The notes beneath the pieces were generated by a model. The model saw nothing but the letters and a program-made list of their open reading frames with translations. It was not told where the DNA came from and made no database searches. A stretch of DNA of 64,000 bases from Nymphaea colorata (lineage: Eukaryota), in the NCBI RefSeq assembly GCF_008831285.2, contig NC_045138.2:22010001-22074000 (forward strand), read 5' to 3'. Position numbers and translations under genes: made by a program. Position 1 is the first letter of the stretch. The number at the start of each line of letters is the position of its first letter. Below are positions 51,936-64,000 of the stretch, one piece after another.

Positions 51936-54369
51936 ATGTTTCAGTTAGTTCAATAGGGTCATAGACCATTCATGGTAAATAATAGTTTATTTAAGATTGA
52001 AGATCGTGAAACAGATGAAGGTAATGCAATAACTGGAAATGAAAGAGCTAACCAGATGACAAATTATCTTGAAATCAATGGAAGCATGAAATAACCAAAT
52101 TTGAAGATAAATCTCACAATCAAGCTAAGTACTACATAATCTTTATAATACTGCTTATAAAGTCAATCCATGAACAATTAAGTTTGACAAGTTTCTTAAA
52201 TCAAATAAGCACCCTATGCTTAGATGTAGGTCAAGAACATAGCAAAAATGACAAAATACAAGCTGAGAATAATCCATGTGATGTTACCAGATTCACTTTC
52301 TTGGCTTCTATTGATTGCATATTTATTAAAGCACAAAGATGTATGCTTGTGTGTTAATTGCTTAAGTAATACTACAACCTCAATGAACAATCAAGATTGA
52401 ACAACCAACACAATTTACTTATGGAGTAACTTATTTATTGCCAATAAGGCCACTTAATGGTTATATAAAAGTGGAACTTGTTCTGCCATTGTATTTTACA
52501 AAACAACAGGAATGTCTAGTTCCTAGAAGATAGAATTTTTGGATGACATTATCTCAATCAATAATTTTTTTGTAAAATTATTGTTCAATACATCTTTTTT
52601 GGTAATTGAGATAAGATATTATTGAATATTTGGCATGAATAACAAAACTTTCTACGTACGAATACATTATTTGCATTATCTAAATAAGTATTCTACACAA
52701 AATTTCAATGGTAGCTCTACTAAATAGTAAAGTCAGATTAGTGTATTTTTAATTTCCAAGGAACGTGTGTTGTCAATAAAAAAAATAAAAAAATTTAATA
52801 TTAAAAGATTTACTTATTTTTGCAATTCAACTTCAGTACTCTTCCATGTTGTCTAAACTCCCTTGTGAACTACTTAGTGGACCAAAATTTAATTATTAAA
52901 AAAAAAAAAGTGGGCTGGTCTCATTTTTTAGAACTATAACAATAAAGCATGGTCTGACATTAGCATATCATAGCTGTATATGTGAAAACCTAGCATAATA
53001 TGAATAAATCACACTTAAATATAAATATAAGAAAATAAATTTCATTAAGGAGATTGCATTTGTGGTGAAAAACGTTTATATTTGTTTGATGCTCTTATTA
53101 GCTAAAAATTTAAAGATAATAAAAATATTATATGTAAAAAAATAGTAAACACGTAAGCTATGGACCATTCTTGACAATATATGTTGTTTGTATGTAATGA
53201 GATAGTTCTTGCCTTGGTAAGAAAAATATTATGTTTTTAGAACATATGTTCAAAGAGGAACGTGTTTATATTACGGGAAACATAATGGGAAATATTAAGT
53301 GTTTGATTATTAGATTGACATTAACATCTATCATAATATTTTCTCTAACAAGAGCATTGTCTTTCACCTTAAAAAATTTATACTGTGTATAGTTGCAAGA
53401 TGTTGGCGACAATTAAAACCATAAGCCAAACATGAAGTGTTATTGATCGATATCACAATCACCATCTTCACCATAGGATTAGTATATCCTATAGAGGAAA
53501 AAAGAGTCTCTAAATGCTCTTGTCACACCCAATTAATTCCTTAGGAGTTAACTTTCTATTAGATGCCTGATAAAACTATGGACGAAATTATTTTTTTAAT
53601 GGTACATTTCAATATGATCCAATTGAAAAGAAATATATCAACATCCCACTAATATCAATATGATAGTACTTATGATTTAACATGAATAGATGAATCAACC
53701 AAAATTTACCGTTAGCTAGTGAATAACTAAAAATTAAAATATGTACTGACAAGGCCAAAAAAATTAACCATTGGCCTAAATACGGAAACCACATTAAATA
53801 TCTATAGATTTACATGATCTTGAAGTTTCAAACTCTTTCTTTAGAAGAGCTTAAAAGACATATGACAGCAAATGAAACTATAAGTAAAATGACAAATTAT
53901 AATACACTACTTTCAACATGGAAGCAGATTTTCCAAAAAATTCTGATGTTTAAAATCTTACCTACACTTTAGAAGATACAATTTTCTTTTATAGTCACAA
54001 TGTTCTGGATGTAAAAGTAGCGTTTATGAAAATGGTTAAAAAAAAAATATTGTGTTGAATTCTAGACGCGATAAATAGGCATTGATAGAGAAGCTTGTTG
54101 AGGTGAGGATCATAGATAGAGTATGAACTCGAGCTAGAACCTTTTTTTGTTGTGTCATCCTCATGGCACATGGAGTCTCAATCCTTTCAGCCTTCATTGC
54201 ATCTACTTTTAATGACTTGGAGGACCCTTTTTTTTTAATAGTGCATTTACCTTTATAAATAGTGCATTTACCCTTGCAAATGACTATTACTACCCTAAAA
54301 TCCATCTAGTGTATTTGATCTTGCTGCTAAAGCTGAAGGGTCCACATGTGTCGTCTACTGTACAAAACC

Positions 54370-54637
54370 TAGGCCTAGGCATCGGGCCCGACCGGAAAAT
54401 CGAGTTCGAGCTTGGCTCAATACCTGAAATCTGGCCCAGTCATATTAAAATAAAAATATTTTTAAATATAAAATAAAATTTTTTAAACATAAAATATATT
54501 TAATAATTATATTATTAAATAAAAATAATATTAAAAATGAATCAGGCCAGCTCGTGCCATTTTTTGGGGCTCGAACCTGGGCTCGATCAAGGTAAAATAG
54601 GTACATGTTGGGTACCCTGGTCCGATGCCCAGCCCTA
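54370..54637. mobile_element. hAT-type MITE
   Basis: TIRs TAGGCCTAGGCATCGG / CCGATGCCCAGCCCTA (14/16); TSD ACAAAACC / ACAAAACA; AT-rich core. A similar right end (CCCGATACCCAAACCTA) occurs at ~173-189. Confidence 0.82.
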
Positions 54638-54880
54638 ACAAAACACTTCGTTACGGAGGTCATTGTACAAGAGTTTATTGAAGACATTGAATAGGCACAC
54701 AGTTGCTTTCCATGTTGAAAACAAAATTATCAGATACTTTAGAAAGTACCTTGGTCCGAAGAATATTAACTTTTGAGTAAGCCTAAGGTTATCCCACTGC
54801 CCAAACCAAAGCCAAAGTTCTCCTTCTCCTTGCTTGGAGGGTCAAGCTTGGGAAAGTTTTAGGGTGTTATTTATAGTTTA

Positions 54881-55101
54881 CATGGTTGGCAGACTCAGAT
54901 CTTGACTCATTGACTTGGTGAGTTGACTTGCACTCGGTGGAGTTTTAAAATAACTTGAATCGGACGAGTTAGGGCAAGTCGAACCAAGTCAAGGACGAGT
55001 TGAGCCGAGTCAGGGGTGAGCCAGACCAACCTTCACCCATGGTCAGGTTTTTTAGCAATCTAACTGATTCGCAAGCGGACTTGGTGAATCAGCCAACTAT
55101 G
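54881..55101. mobile_element. Probable hAT-type MITE
   Basis: TIRs CATGGTTGGCAGA / TCAGCCAACTATG (11/13); internal GACTC/GAGTC repeats; TSD not clear. Confidence 0.5.
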
Positions 55102-56226
55102 ATGGCATATTGTGCCACACACTTTGATTTTTAAGCTTTTTTTTTTCAGAATCTACGGGGATGTTACATTTACACTCAAATCATTATCAATCCGAACTTT
55201 TAAATATCCAAAGACGTGGACTTTTCCCTATTTTTTAAGTTTTTTTTTGTTTACTAAATATGTGTGTGAGTGAGGTGGACGGGCACACACACACACACAC
55301 ACAAATAAGGTGTAGAAACTGGACCTAATAATGCCACCGAAGGATTAAAAAAAAAAAATCTTATTTTCATTTTTACCCTTAAGTGGGTCTTTCCCTTTTA
55401 ATGCATTCAAACCCATTTTGGTCACTTCAAGCGACACCCATATCCGATGTTACACCTTGAGCATTAAACTCTTAGCATTTGCGGAAGGCTTCACATGGGA
55501 CGCCCGGCCGAGCGAACAGCGATCCTGTGGTCACTTGCTGTCAATTACTTGTGCAACTTTTTGTCTCACTCTATTATGACAAAATAGTATTATTTTGTTC
55601 CTGTTTTCCAATTTCGTTACTCAACATAACTAAAGAAAAGATATTCTCCACATCCTCTTCAACGAGTTTCTTCTCTTCTTCTCCAAGAGAAACAAACAAT
55701 CAAGCATCAAGAAACAAAATTAATCTTCTTTGAAGAGGAAATAAACTTAGAAACCTTGCACCCAGATCCCCATAAGGCCTCAGTATTAATTGGGACTCAT
55801 CATTGTGTGGTTCTTTCATTTACACCTTCATTGAACAAAGAACAGTTGGAACTGGGAATCACATCATGGTGTGAAACTCATTGATAATGGCGTCAGTCAC
55901 GATCAACTTGGGAGGCTTCTTTCTTTTTTTAAGAGAATTTCTAATGGCTTGAGTGTGGACGCATCTGTCCATGCGCTCGTGCTCGTTGCTTAGTCAATAA
56001 TTAAGCACCACCCTCTTCCTCCCCTGCTCCTACTGTTCCCCCAACTTTAAATAACAGTTTCTCTCTCCGCTTCCTTTTTCTCTCTCCTTTGCTTTCTCCC
56101 CCTTTACTCTCTCAGGTGGGCAGAGCCAGCACTGGCACCCGCTTTTTGGTCAAGAAATGCGAGAAAAGAAGCTCGAGCAACAAGATTCTGCAATCGTGAG
56201 GTGAAGAAGAAGGAGAGGAGGAAGAA

Positions 56227-59211
56227 ATGGCCAGCAATGGAGGCGGAACGGGCACCAGGAATGGTGGGGCGGCCTCGATCAGCGCTGCTGCGACCGCCTT
56301 CGCGTCAGCTGAGACGAGATTCCCTCCCCAGCAACGGGTAATCCCTCCTTCGCCTCCGTTTTCTCTTCTTGGTCTTTCTTATCTTGGCTCGTATTTCCTC
56401 CGTCTCTGTCTTTGTGGTTTGTCTGCCTTGCCATTGGGCAGCTTAGTCCGTAGATCCACTGTTTCCTGATTTGACTTGTGGGTGGGATGAAGAGATTTTG
56501 AGGGTTTCGTCTCATTTCCTTCTGTTTTCCCCATTTTTTATGCAGCAATCTCGCGAAGGTCACTTGGGTTTGTGGGGAATGCGGACTGGACCTGAGTACC
56601 GTTAGGGTTTATGAGATGCTAGGTTTGATTTCACGTAGAGTGCTTGCATTGTTTCTGGTAGCATATTACATTAGATTGGAGTTTGAGGAACATTGGTTTG
56701 CGTAGTCAAATGTGTAGATGACGTGTTGGACTGCCGCATTTCCGTGATCCCAGCTTTCTTCTTGATCATCTATTGAGCATGCTCTTCTGCGAGGCATTCC
56801 TTTGGTTAGGGATGATGGTTTGATCGCCGAGAACATTTTCTGTTCAGATGATGCGATAATGCAATCAACGAGAAGTAAAATTGGAATTCCAATCAAATCT
56901 CTTGCGTTCGATGTAAAAGGGACTATGTTAGCCATGTCACAGAAGTCCAGATCCAGCGACTTGTTGCAACAAATGACTTCAAAATCATCTGATTCTCTGA
57001 ATGCGGCTGTGTTCGTGAAGATTGAAAAATGATATTTTTTTTGCTTTCCTTTTGCAATTTCATCAAACTTCTAATTCCATTACGTTGCTTCTAGTTTCAG
57101 ATACGATGCATGTTAATTGAAATAAATAGGAATTCCAGCTGAATGTTCCCTTGCAAGTCACGGTGGGGCCATGTTGGCCCTGTCCTGGTCTGAATCTACT
57201 GCAGATTAGCAACTTGATTGTTGATCCAGTGCCTTCTTTTCCATTGGATTCTCGTTAAGATGCTCGGTTGACGTTCAGTTTTAAGAAATAGCCTTCAAAA
57301 CCAGTTCGGACTTAGCTCACTTGATCAACATTAGAGGGAACTCGACCAGCCATCCATATCTTCCAAATAGAAAAAGATAGAAAAATCCAATTCTATATAT
57401 TATTGGGTTACCTTGGACTCCATGTTGGGTAATTCATCAAGATCCAACATATACTTTAGTAAATTGGGCTTAGCCCTTTGCTGTGAATTGCCCCCACTGT
57501 TATTTATCGGCAAAAGGGGCTTTCTTCAGTTCCAGATCTTTCTTTTCATAATGAGTGCAGATTTATTTTTGTGATGCTATTCATGAATGGTGGTTTTCAC
57601 CAGTGTTTATATTGTAAGGTATTAATGGAACCTATTCGTCTTTTCTCTTTCTTGGCAGCGAAGGAGATGGCGCTATTTCTGGAGTGGGTTCTCTTGTTTT
57701 CGCTCACAAAAAGGGGGAAAGCGCGTAGTTCCAGCATCTCGCATTCCAGATGTAAGCATACCTGGAAACCACTCGAATGGGCCTCAATCTGGAGGCATCT
57801 CTGCTCAATCTACAGCGCTGGTGCCCTCTCTTCTTGCCCCACCATCTTCTCCAGCGTCTTTCACTAATTCTGCACTCCCATCAACTGCTCAGTCACCAAG
57901 CTGTTTCCTGTCTCTGTCAGCAAACATGAGTTCTCTTGATGGACCTTCATCCACCATGTTTACAACAGGCCCATATGCACATGAGACTCAACTAGTGTCT
58001 CCTCCTGTTTTCTCTACATTCACTACAGAACCTTCTACTGCTCCACTTACCCCTCCACCAGAATTGGCTCACCTTACCACTCCTTCATCTCCTGATGTGC
58101 CCTTTGCACGGTTGCTCTTGTCATCCCTTGAACTAAAAGGTGCAAGAAAGGAAGACTGTGTGAATCTTCCATATGAAACCTCTGGCTATGTTTCTGCCAG
58201 TGATCTTCAAGCAGCCTACCAACTTTATCCTGGAAGTCCTGCCAGCCGCCTTGTTTCACCAAAGTCAGGACAATCCACTGCTGGGCTGTCTTCTCCCTAC
58301 CCTGAACAGGAGTTCCCTCCCCAGTGGAGCGCCTTAATATCTTCCCAAGAGATGTTCCTTCCCAGAAACAAGCCCTCAAAGCTGTTTGGCAACAACATCA
58401 CAACTTCTAGGAATTTCAGCCCTTCTCAGGAATCTAGTTTCTTTTGCCCTGCTGCATCAGCACAATTTTATCTCGACCAGGCACAACAACCGAGCTCATC
58501 CTATCCTCACTGTGGTGGGAGGTTAAGTCTTTCAAGGGAGGCAGATGCATACTCTAATGTTGGCAACACACACCATAGGCACAGCAAAGCACGCAAATCA
58601 GATGCTGAGGAGATTGAAGCATATAGAGTCTCCTTTGGATTCAGTGCAGATGAAATTATTACTGCTCCTCATTATGTAGAACCTTCAGATGTAATCGAGG
58701 ACTCCTTCACAATTATACCATTTGCAACTACTATTCCATATACTAAAGATTCTGCACTCTCTGACATGAAGATGGAAGGGGAAAGGATGCAGGTGAAAAG
58801 TCCAAATTCGTTGGATGCTGAAGTTTCAAAATCTTCAATAGATCAAAATGAAGGTGGTATTAAGCATGTGATGCAGAATACTTCTGGTACTGATCCATGT
58901 GCAGGTTAGTATTTTTTCTGACCATGCAGGTACCATCAGGACCTTGTTAGAAGTTCAGGACATATAGATGTGAACTGTTATGTTGCTAACCCTTGATTTC
59001 TGCCTTTGTCCTAGATGCTGGGTCACGTGAGCAGACAGGAGACCTGTTTCCATCCAGCAGTTCAAGTAACCCTGCTATGCTTGGACAAGAAATACCTCCG
59101 GAAGAGGATTTGGATGTTAGTAAAGGATGTCAGGCAGTTTTGTCAGGTCCAGAAGGAGGAACTGAACATAAAGCTGGAAGAGCTGAAGATGGAAGAGATG
59201 GCCTGACATAA
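56227..59211 (+). CDS. At1g76660-like Pro/Ser-rich protein (family annotated hydroxyproline-rich glycoprotein / NRPM-BIL7-related). Exons 56227-56337, 57659-58904, 59015-59211
   Basis: Spliced frame ..RRRWRYFWSGFSCFRSQKGGKRVVPASRIP..LLAPPSSPASF..GPYAHETQLVSPPVFSTFTTEPSTAPLTPPPELAHLTTPSSPDVPFA..YQLYPGSP..EEIEAYRVSFGFSADE; GT-AG phase-compatible introns. Confidence 0.88.
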
Positions 59212-62200
59212 TGCTATCTACTAACCAGTATTTCTGAATGGTTATACTAATTAGCAGGTTACTTTATTTTCAGGTTCAGGGTAAGAATATGTATGAAATT
59301 ATGTCAAAGTGATGCAGTGGTCTAACCTTTTTCAACTCCTGTAGCAGCAACTGATCTGCATGCTAGGCTTAGGTGCATTTCACCTGTTCCTTTACGCTTT
59401 GGTTTTTCTGTTGATAATGTTATGTGCTATCTTGATACAGACTGGTAGTAGAAAATGTCAGTTGCCACGGCATGCTTACTTCAGCATTAGGATGTTATGG
59501 AGCAGTAGTCACGCGTGCCCTTGTAAAATGAGATAGCCGCTAAATTAATGGCTTACTTGTGCACTTGTAAGTGTTTGATCTGCTATTGAATTCTGTGGAT
59601 TTATCATGTACTTGTTGACATTATGCTGTGCTGAGCTTCAACTGCATGAATCCATATGTGGAGTATTGCCTTGGGATCCATCAACAAACACGGTGAATTC
59701 CATCACAATTCTGGAAATACCAGCATATGTCACTTATGATAGCTCAAATGAGCAAATTTCACCTGTCTGTTGATCTTCTTAAGCTCAAATTGTAGGTAGT
59801 GTGGTACCACTCATGATGGTCACTTTTGTCAAAATGTCTGCTAAATCTTGTCTGGTTGGAACTTGCATTTGAATCACTTGGTTTAGTTCACAAAAAGAAA
59901 TGCCTGTTTCCAGGAGTTTCTTCTGACAACTATTGCTGGCTTCTCTATTGCCGCTCGTGGAGAAGAATTATTTTAAGTTTCTTAAGCTTTCTGAAGGGTC
60001 TTTAAGGCTCTGGAAAATAGTTGGTGGGCAAATTGCACTAGTTGAAACATGGTTTGCTTTGACAGAATTGTTATACGAGTGGGCATTCTGAGCAATGTAC
60101 ATTTTCTACCCATTAGTGTGAGCTTAGATTCTAAGTGTTAGAAACCACCAACTTCTGTGGTTTTCTAGGAATTCATCTACTTGTAAGTTGTAACTAGGAG
60201 GCGCCCTGCCACTCTTTCTGCTCGGACCTATTATGTAGGCAATCATCGCTTCAAACTATAATCAGAAAGGTTTCCTTTCGAACCGAGTCGAAGCTCAAAT
60301 TAGGTGTCTCGGGCCACAACCTTTTTAAAGAATTGAAGATAAAAGATGGTCTAGCCTATCTCAAGCTGAATTTTTTGCCTTTAATCATTTGCCTGTCTGC
60401 CTGTCTAGGAATAAATGTCACTTTCTACTATTTTCTTCCTTAGGTTGGAGGTCTAGGATGATGGTGTCATCGGCCATTACATGCCCTACCACCACCACTG
60501 CGGCACTGCCCATGGGTAGCAGCCCGCTCCGACCTTCTCCACCAAATTTTGAACTAGATTTGAGGTTCGTCTTCCCAACCTTCTTTTCTCACCAGTCCTA
60601 GCACCCGTTCCATTAATCTGTTCAAATCACCCTAGCTTCATCCCCGACGCCCATAACTGCATCTTCCGGACTCCTGGTGATCCCTCTCCATTATTTAATT
60701 CACTAGCGCGTTGCGTCTCACAAAACGCCGCACTTTTCGTGCACCTACCATCTACACTTAACGCCTGCAGACCGCGAGCTGCCTCTCCAGTACCATTACC
60801 GGCACCCACCACCATCGCCTTCAACGAGACTTCCATTGAATTCTTGCTGCCACTTCGGATGGATGAAAGGATACCCCTCTAGTTTCTTGACACCACCCAA
60901 TCCATCTAGCCGCCCAGCAACTGTAACCGCAGCTGTGCCCCCCAGCAATGCCGCACCACTGCTCGTTCGGCCATGATGCCTCAACTTGAACGCTCTTGAT
61001 TCCGCCCAATCGATGAAAAACCAGGGCATCTATCTGCAGCCAAAGTCTGTGGATCCCGAGTTGCCTTTAGTGCGACCTCCGTGATGCCATTACCAGCGCC
61101 AACCTGACCGACGATGTTCAACGGTACCATCGGCTAACCCTCACCGTCTTTTGGCAACGGCCGACAATGCGACTCCACACCCTTGGCCTTCAGTTCCATC
61201 GGATAACCCATCAGGCCGCTCGGCACCGGCAGCTACGGCTGCGGTCGCCGGCGAGCGACCTATACCCACAGGGAGGGGGAGTTGAGTTTCTGAACGTCAC
61301 CATGGCGGAGGTGATTCCTTAGATTTAGCTAGAGTCGAGCTCAGCTAGGACAATCTTTAGCTTCATTAAGCTCAGCCAAGTCAAAAGACTCCACCGAGCT
61401 GTGCTCAAACTCGGCATGTGTGCACAGCTAATGCTGTATCACATGGTCATGTGCCACGTTTGCGGTAGGAGACCTAGCTTGGCTCGGCTAGATTTGAGTT
61501 TAAGCCAAATTGTGAAGCTTGATTCAGGTGCTAGCCAAACTCCAGTCGGACCTTCTAAGGCTCGAGCCAACGCTTGGCTAAGCTCACACCCAAATGCTTT
61601 CACATAATTATGTGCCATTTCGAATCAAGGGTGGCAGAGAAGGTGAAAAATTCGTTTGAGTTTTCGAATCGTTAGTTTCACCCCTATGAAAGCTTAAGCA
61701 TAGTATTCTACTAGGAAGCCAGGTTAGTCAGAGCTCACCAGGTTTACTCTCAAGAACCGAGCCCATGAGGTGGTCCGGACCTGAGATTCCTCGTCCATAC
61801 AAGAAATAAATGAAAAGCGGACAGAAAGTTGATTGTGGTACTAAAAAACACACCTAACTTTGCGATTTTGTTAAACACACATCTGAGTTTGCATTGTTAA
61901 TCAGAAGGATCGGTAAAATTGTTTTTGCCAAATTCACTATTTACATCAGCAAAAGGATACCACTTTGCCAGCTAAAAGTGGCATGAAACACGTACGTACC
62001 TTTGTTAACACATCTAGAATGAAGAAAACGACATTCAGGTAGCTGTTTTAGATATTAATTAAAAAACTGCACTAATTTGGATAATTAATCATGTATTAAT
62101 ATTACTAGGCATAGCTAAATCAGTTAATGCAAGCTACCAAACTCGAGATTTGTCCTTATGAAGGTAATCCAATCTTCTTGACACATCATCAACCCCACTT

Positions 62201-64000
62201 AAGTTAGTAATAATGTGGGGTTACTTGACAGAAGGCTACCTTTTTCTTTTCACTATGATGCAAAGTGTAGGTGCATTTTTAACCACGTTAAAAAGGTCAA
62301 TTGTGTTTCTTTATTGTTTTGGTGCGTGTTCAAAATTGTCCTAGAAGATATCAATGATAAATTGCATATGTATGTACTTGGCATAGCAAACATTATTTGT
62401 CAACAAAAAAAGAAAAAATGCCGCTGGCATGTTTAAGTTTCTAAAATTTTGCATACTCAAATCTTAAACCGAGACCTCGATTGCTCATTATGGAGAAGGG
62501 ACTTGCAAAACAAACAAAAAGGGCATCTAACATATTTATTCTAGAAAGACAACCTTAACTCATCTTGTCACCTCAAGGGGCATAACCTAGCTGGTTGAAA
62601 TAAGGGCATTTGCAAAGGATGTATGTATTTATTTCAATTCCTGTGAATGTTATGCTTCTATGTCTTAAAGTGGTAGAGTGCAGTATCCAAAATGAGTAAT
62701 CTAATATGTAGGTTGGCTCAAAGCTTCTAAGCTGAAAAAAGCTTACAGTTTAAAAGACTGGGCTAAGACCCCAAAAAAATATAATATTATGGAAGGTACT
62801 GAAAAGGCAACGATTAGAGATGCACCTCAGAGGTCGACAAGCTTTACAGATGCAAAGACATGGCCTTTCCTTGGTCCTCGAAGAGCCAACTTTCATCATT
62901 ATCACACCAAAACATTCTATCCCTCTAAAAGGGCTTTTTTTGACAAGGATATTGTAAACACATTATTAGAATTTATGTTTCATTATGTTTTTATTCCAGA
63001 AATTATAATGTTAGTGTAGATATTCTTAGATTCGTCAATCAAACGCTAGATATAATTGCAATGTGTTGCAATCACAGAATATTCTTCTTATCTATCACCC
63101 TGTAAAATGCTTCAATATCTTTCTACAGTAGATATGGATATCAACTCGTTTGGAGACCACTGCAGAATTTATTCACCAAGCCTCATAACTGGTAACAACT
63201 TGCAAATAGAATCACTTGGAGTTCCTGAAAGTAATGTCGGAATTTAGAACAGAGATGGAAACATGAACATAATGCCTTCGAGCGCAGACGCATGAAACCA
63301 GGTACAGAATGACCATGAACTAGGTAAGGTGTTTATGTCTGGTGAATGAATGAGGGGTAGTCCCGTCCGCAGTCCACCATTAGCAACAATTTATTTAGCA
63401 TCTTGATTTCAGGAATCAGAAAGCTTTCACCAGTCCATAAACCTCGCTTCTGATGAGCTCACAGCTCGTCTGAATGAAAATTTAAAGTAATCAAGGCAAG
63501 ATGTTAATAAGACCAGCGATCAGCACAAACATAATCCATCAGGATTAGGTTTCCTGGTCCAAGGAGTTCTGAAAAAGAAATTCCTAACAAAAATACGAGA
63601 GCTGATGCTTAAGCTTCTTCCCCATGGTCTCACTCTTAATGAGTAGTACACTGTTCCAAAAACAGGTTGATAGAGGACCTTCAGGAAGATGCAGTTAGGA
63701 AAGGGGAGAGGCAAGAAATATAGTCCAAAAACAGCAGAAATATGTACGCCCTGCGCAAGGCAGCTCATTTACATATTCAAGGCCAAAGAAAAGGCTTGTC
63801 CTTTAAGTTTTCACCACTTGTTTAAGTTCCACATAAACCTAAATAAGGAAAAGATATATGATTTATTCAAACAAGAAATATGGCATTGAATACAAAAATC
63901 ATGTTTTTCTTGGTATACATTTATTCCATTGAGTAGAAGAAAAAATACACTGAGGCAAGCTCATCGCAGTAATTCCAGATGTACTCCGATTCTCAATATA

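Noticed and set aside
54290..54310. CTAG-T as a Helitron 3' terminus
   Set aside because: No GC-rich hairpin 10-15 nt upstream.
62577..62645. tRNA-derived SINE-like A/B boxes (also near 44150)
   Set aside because: Boxes degenerate; no tail or TSD found.
63000..64000. Possible 3' end of a minus-strand gene running off the window (acceptor-like TTCAG then TSCELIRSEVYGLVKAF* near 63416-63470)
   Set aside because: Too short and unrecognised to support a call.

Overview
Plant (angiosperm) nuclear DNA with spliced genes; no prokaryotic features or CRISPR. Three intact-looking protein-coding genes: a CLC-e type chloride channel (+, 8676-22194, 7 coding exons), a cellulose synthase of the CesA6-like / rice CesA3-5-6 type (-, 24305-29413, 14 coding exons) and an At1g76660-like Pro/Ser-rich protein (+, 56227-59211, 3 exons). 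One tRNA-Trp(CCA) gene lies head-to-head with CLC-e. Mobile DNA: a full-length but disabled Ty3/gypsy chromovirus (1768-7232, TSD TAGAG), a 742-bp miniature Ty1/copia element with both LTRs, PBS, PPT and TSD in CLC-e intron 2, a truncated gypsy LTR remnant in the last CLC-e intron, and several hAT/Tourist-like MITEs. A plastid psbB fragment (NUPT) sits at ~1.06-1.46 kb. A ~10-kb AT-rich block (44.3-54.3 kb) holds a decayed subtilase fragment and possible RPA70-like remnants, suggestive of an old Helitron. A CpG-rich, motif-dense island with no adjacent gene lies at 36.5-37.4 kb. I found no convincing wholly new biological system. The best leads are the mini-copia element, the putative Helitron with a captured gene fragment, the duplicated 92-bp CLC-e 3' module, the orphan regulatory island and a possible spliced orphan ORF. 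All calls were read by eye; no searches were run.
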